A DNA stretch of 64,000 bases from Puccinia triticina (lineage: Eukaryota): the NCBI GenBank assembly GCA_026914245.1, contig CP110440.1, forward strand, positions 1,240,001 to 1,304,000. The letters are read 5' to 3'. A program made the position numbers and the translations under genes. Under the pieces are notes generated by a model. The model saw nothing but the letters and a program-made list of their open reading frames with translations, was not told the origin of the DNA and did no database searches. Position 1 is the stretch's first letter, and each line of letters opens with the position of its first letter. Shown here piece after piece: positions 62,742 through 64,000 of the stretch.

Positions 62742-63511
62742 TTTTGAAAATAGCAATTGAGCGTAGAATGATGAGGGAAGATCTTAGTGCAGTCCTCATA
62801 TATACATCCTCCAATTTCAAATGAAAAATGCATCCAAATGTGTTGTACTGCTTCAAGTTTCAGCCATGATCCTCAATGTGACCAATTCACTACACAACTT
62901 TGAAAACATTTATGCATACTGTTTTGACAGAATCCAAAGCACCAATCTTCCATGGTGCATCTGTGAGTCTGACTTCAACTCATGTTTCACAACTAAGTAT
63001 GCTCAAACTACCCTGTGTCCCCATTAAATCAGCTCTTGGGCATCTGTTTCCTTTGTCCCAGTGCCACGTTACAGTTGCTCTATAGAGGCAGCCAACCTTT
63101 AAAAACTTAACACTGCATGGGGCCACCATCCAATTCCAATCACAAAAGCATCCGATCACATGATTGGAATTCAGGTACAAAATGAAGCCTCTAGACTGTT
63201 GATTGATCTATTTTTCCAGTTTATGGTGTCTTGTTGGGATAAAAAAAGACAGTACAAAAGGATGTGTGTACAAGGAAGAGATGAAAAGAAGAGTGGGATC
63301 AAGAAACATTTGTGTCTAGCGTGATGATGGGTATGATGAAAGGAGGTCTCCTCGCATAAGTCGATGAATAACTATAAAATCGTTGTGGTATTTCCACATG
63401 AATAAATAGAGGGACGGGGAAAGCATCAGGGTTCCGCAGGATTTCCTACACCAAACAGTGAGAAAGGTTTATGTATGACAATAGCAGATGAGAGGACATC
63501 GAGAATCCAAG

Positions 63512-64000
63512 TCAAGATGATGGAGAGTGAGCAGAGTTTAGAGTTTCGATGACAGAGTTCAATGTCTCGGCAGCTTTGCGGCAATCTTCGAAAGAGGTGT
63601 ACATTGCCACCGGGGTTAATCGAAGCACGTCCGGCTGACGCTCGTCGCCAACGATGCCGAGTTCGAGCAATTGACGGGCGACATTATTCATGATTCCCTT
63701 TCCGGTAGGGACGAAGAAGAGCGAAAGCTGGGATCCCCTCTGAGCCGGGATTGGCGGAGTGATGATAGTAAAGCCAACTGTCCTGGCTCGCGACTTTTGC
63801 TGCTCGTTCAAGCTGTTCGGATAATCTGCGGCGTATCGTGGATCGACATAGCCCGAAAGTCCTTGTAAACACATCTCGAAATACCCTGTCAGATCCTCCG
63901 AGCGTGCCCGTAAACTGCTTATCCCTCCCGGATAACTCGCAAATAACTGAAGCGATGAATACAGCGAGATCACCGACAGGACGTCCGGGTTCGAATGGAC
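63512..64000 (-). CDS. BNA5: Kynureninase, C-terminal part (continues beyond the window)
   Basis: SNPDVL, LRARSEDLTGY, IITP...QRGSQLSL and GIVGDERQPDVLRLTPVAMYTSFED. Confidence 0.9.
   Translation of the reverse strand, partial: VHSNPDVLSVISLYSSLQLFASYPGGISSLRARSEDLTGYFEMCLQGLSGYVDPRYAADYPNSLNEQQKSRARTVGFTIITPPIPAQRGSQLSLFFVPTGKGIMNNVARQLLELGIVGDERQPDVLRLTPVAMYTSFEDCRKAAETLNSVIETLNSAHSPSS

Overview
Eukaryotic, intron-rich, transposon-dense fungal DNA. Gene content, intron style and CpG/TpCpG decay suggest a rust fungus (Pucciniales); this is inferred, not proven. Recognisable host genes: mitochondrial GatB/PET112, a PacC/Rim101-like three-finger C2H2 factor, TUP1, trimethyllysine dioxygenase, EXO1, an ELYS-domain nucleoporin, and the 3' end of kynureninase. 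Two unrelated families of large predicted secreted proteins each occur as a tandem pair created by local segmental duplication, with one copy decaying. Mobile DNA: a full-length degenerate Ty1/Copia element, a hAT element with a spliced transposase, an internally deleted LINE, solo LTRs, Tourist-like MITEs, a Mutator-like element, and a 2-kb TIR element filled with about 30 palindromic units. Most unusual observations: the palindromic array; a Copia element flanked by a 340-bp target duplication with a microhomology junction; intron-like segments in LTRs; reciprocal gene loss after duplication; and a PacC-like protein with an altered recognition helix. All coordinates were read by eye, and no database searches were run.
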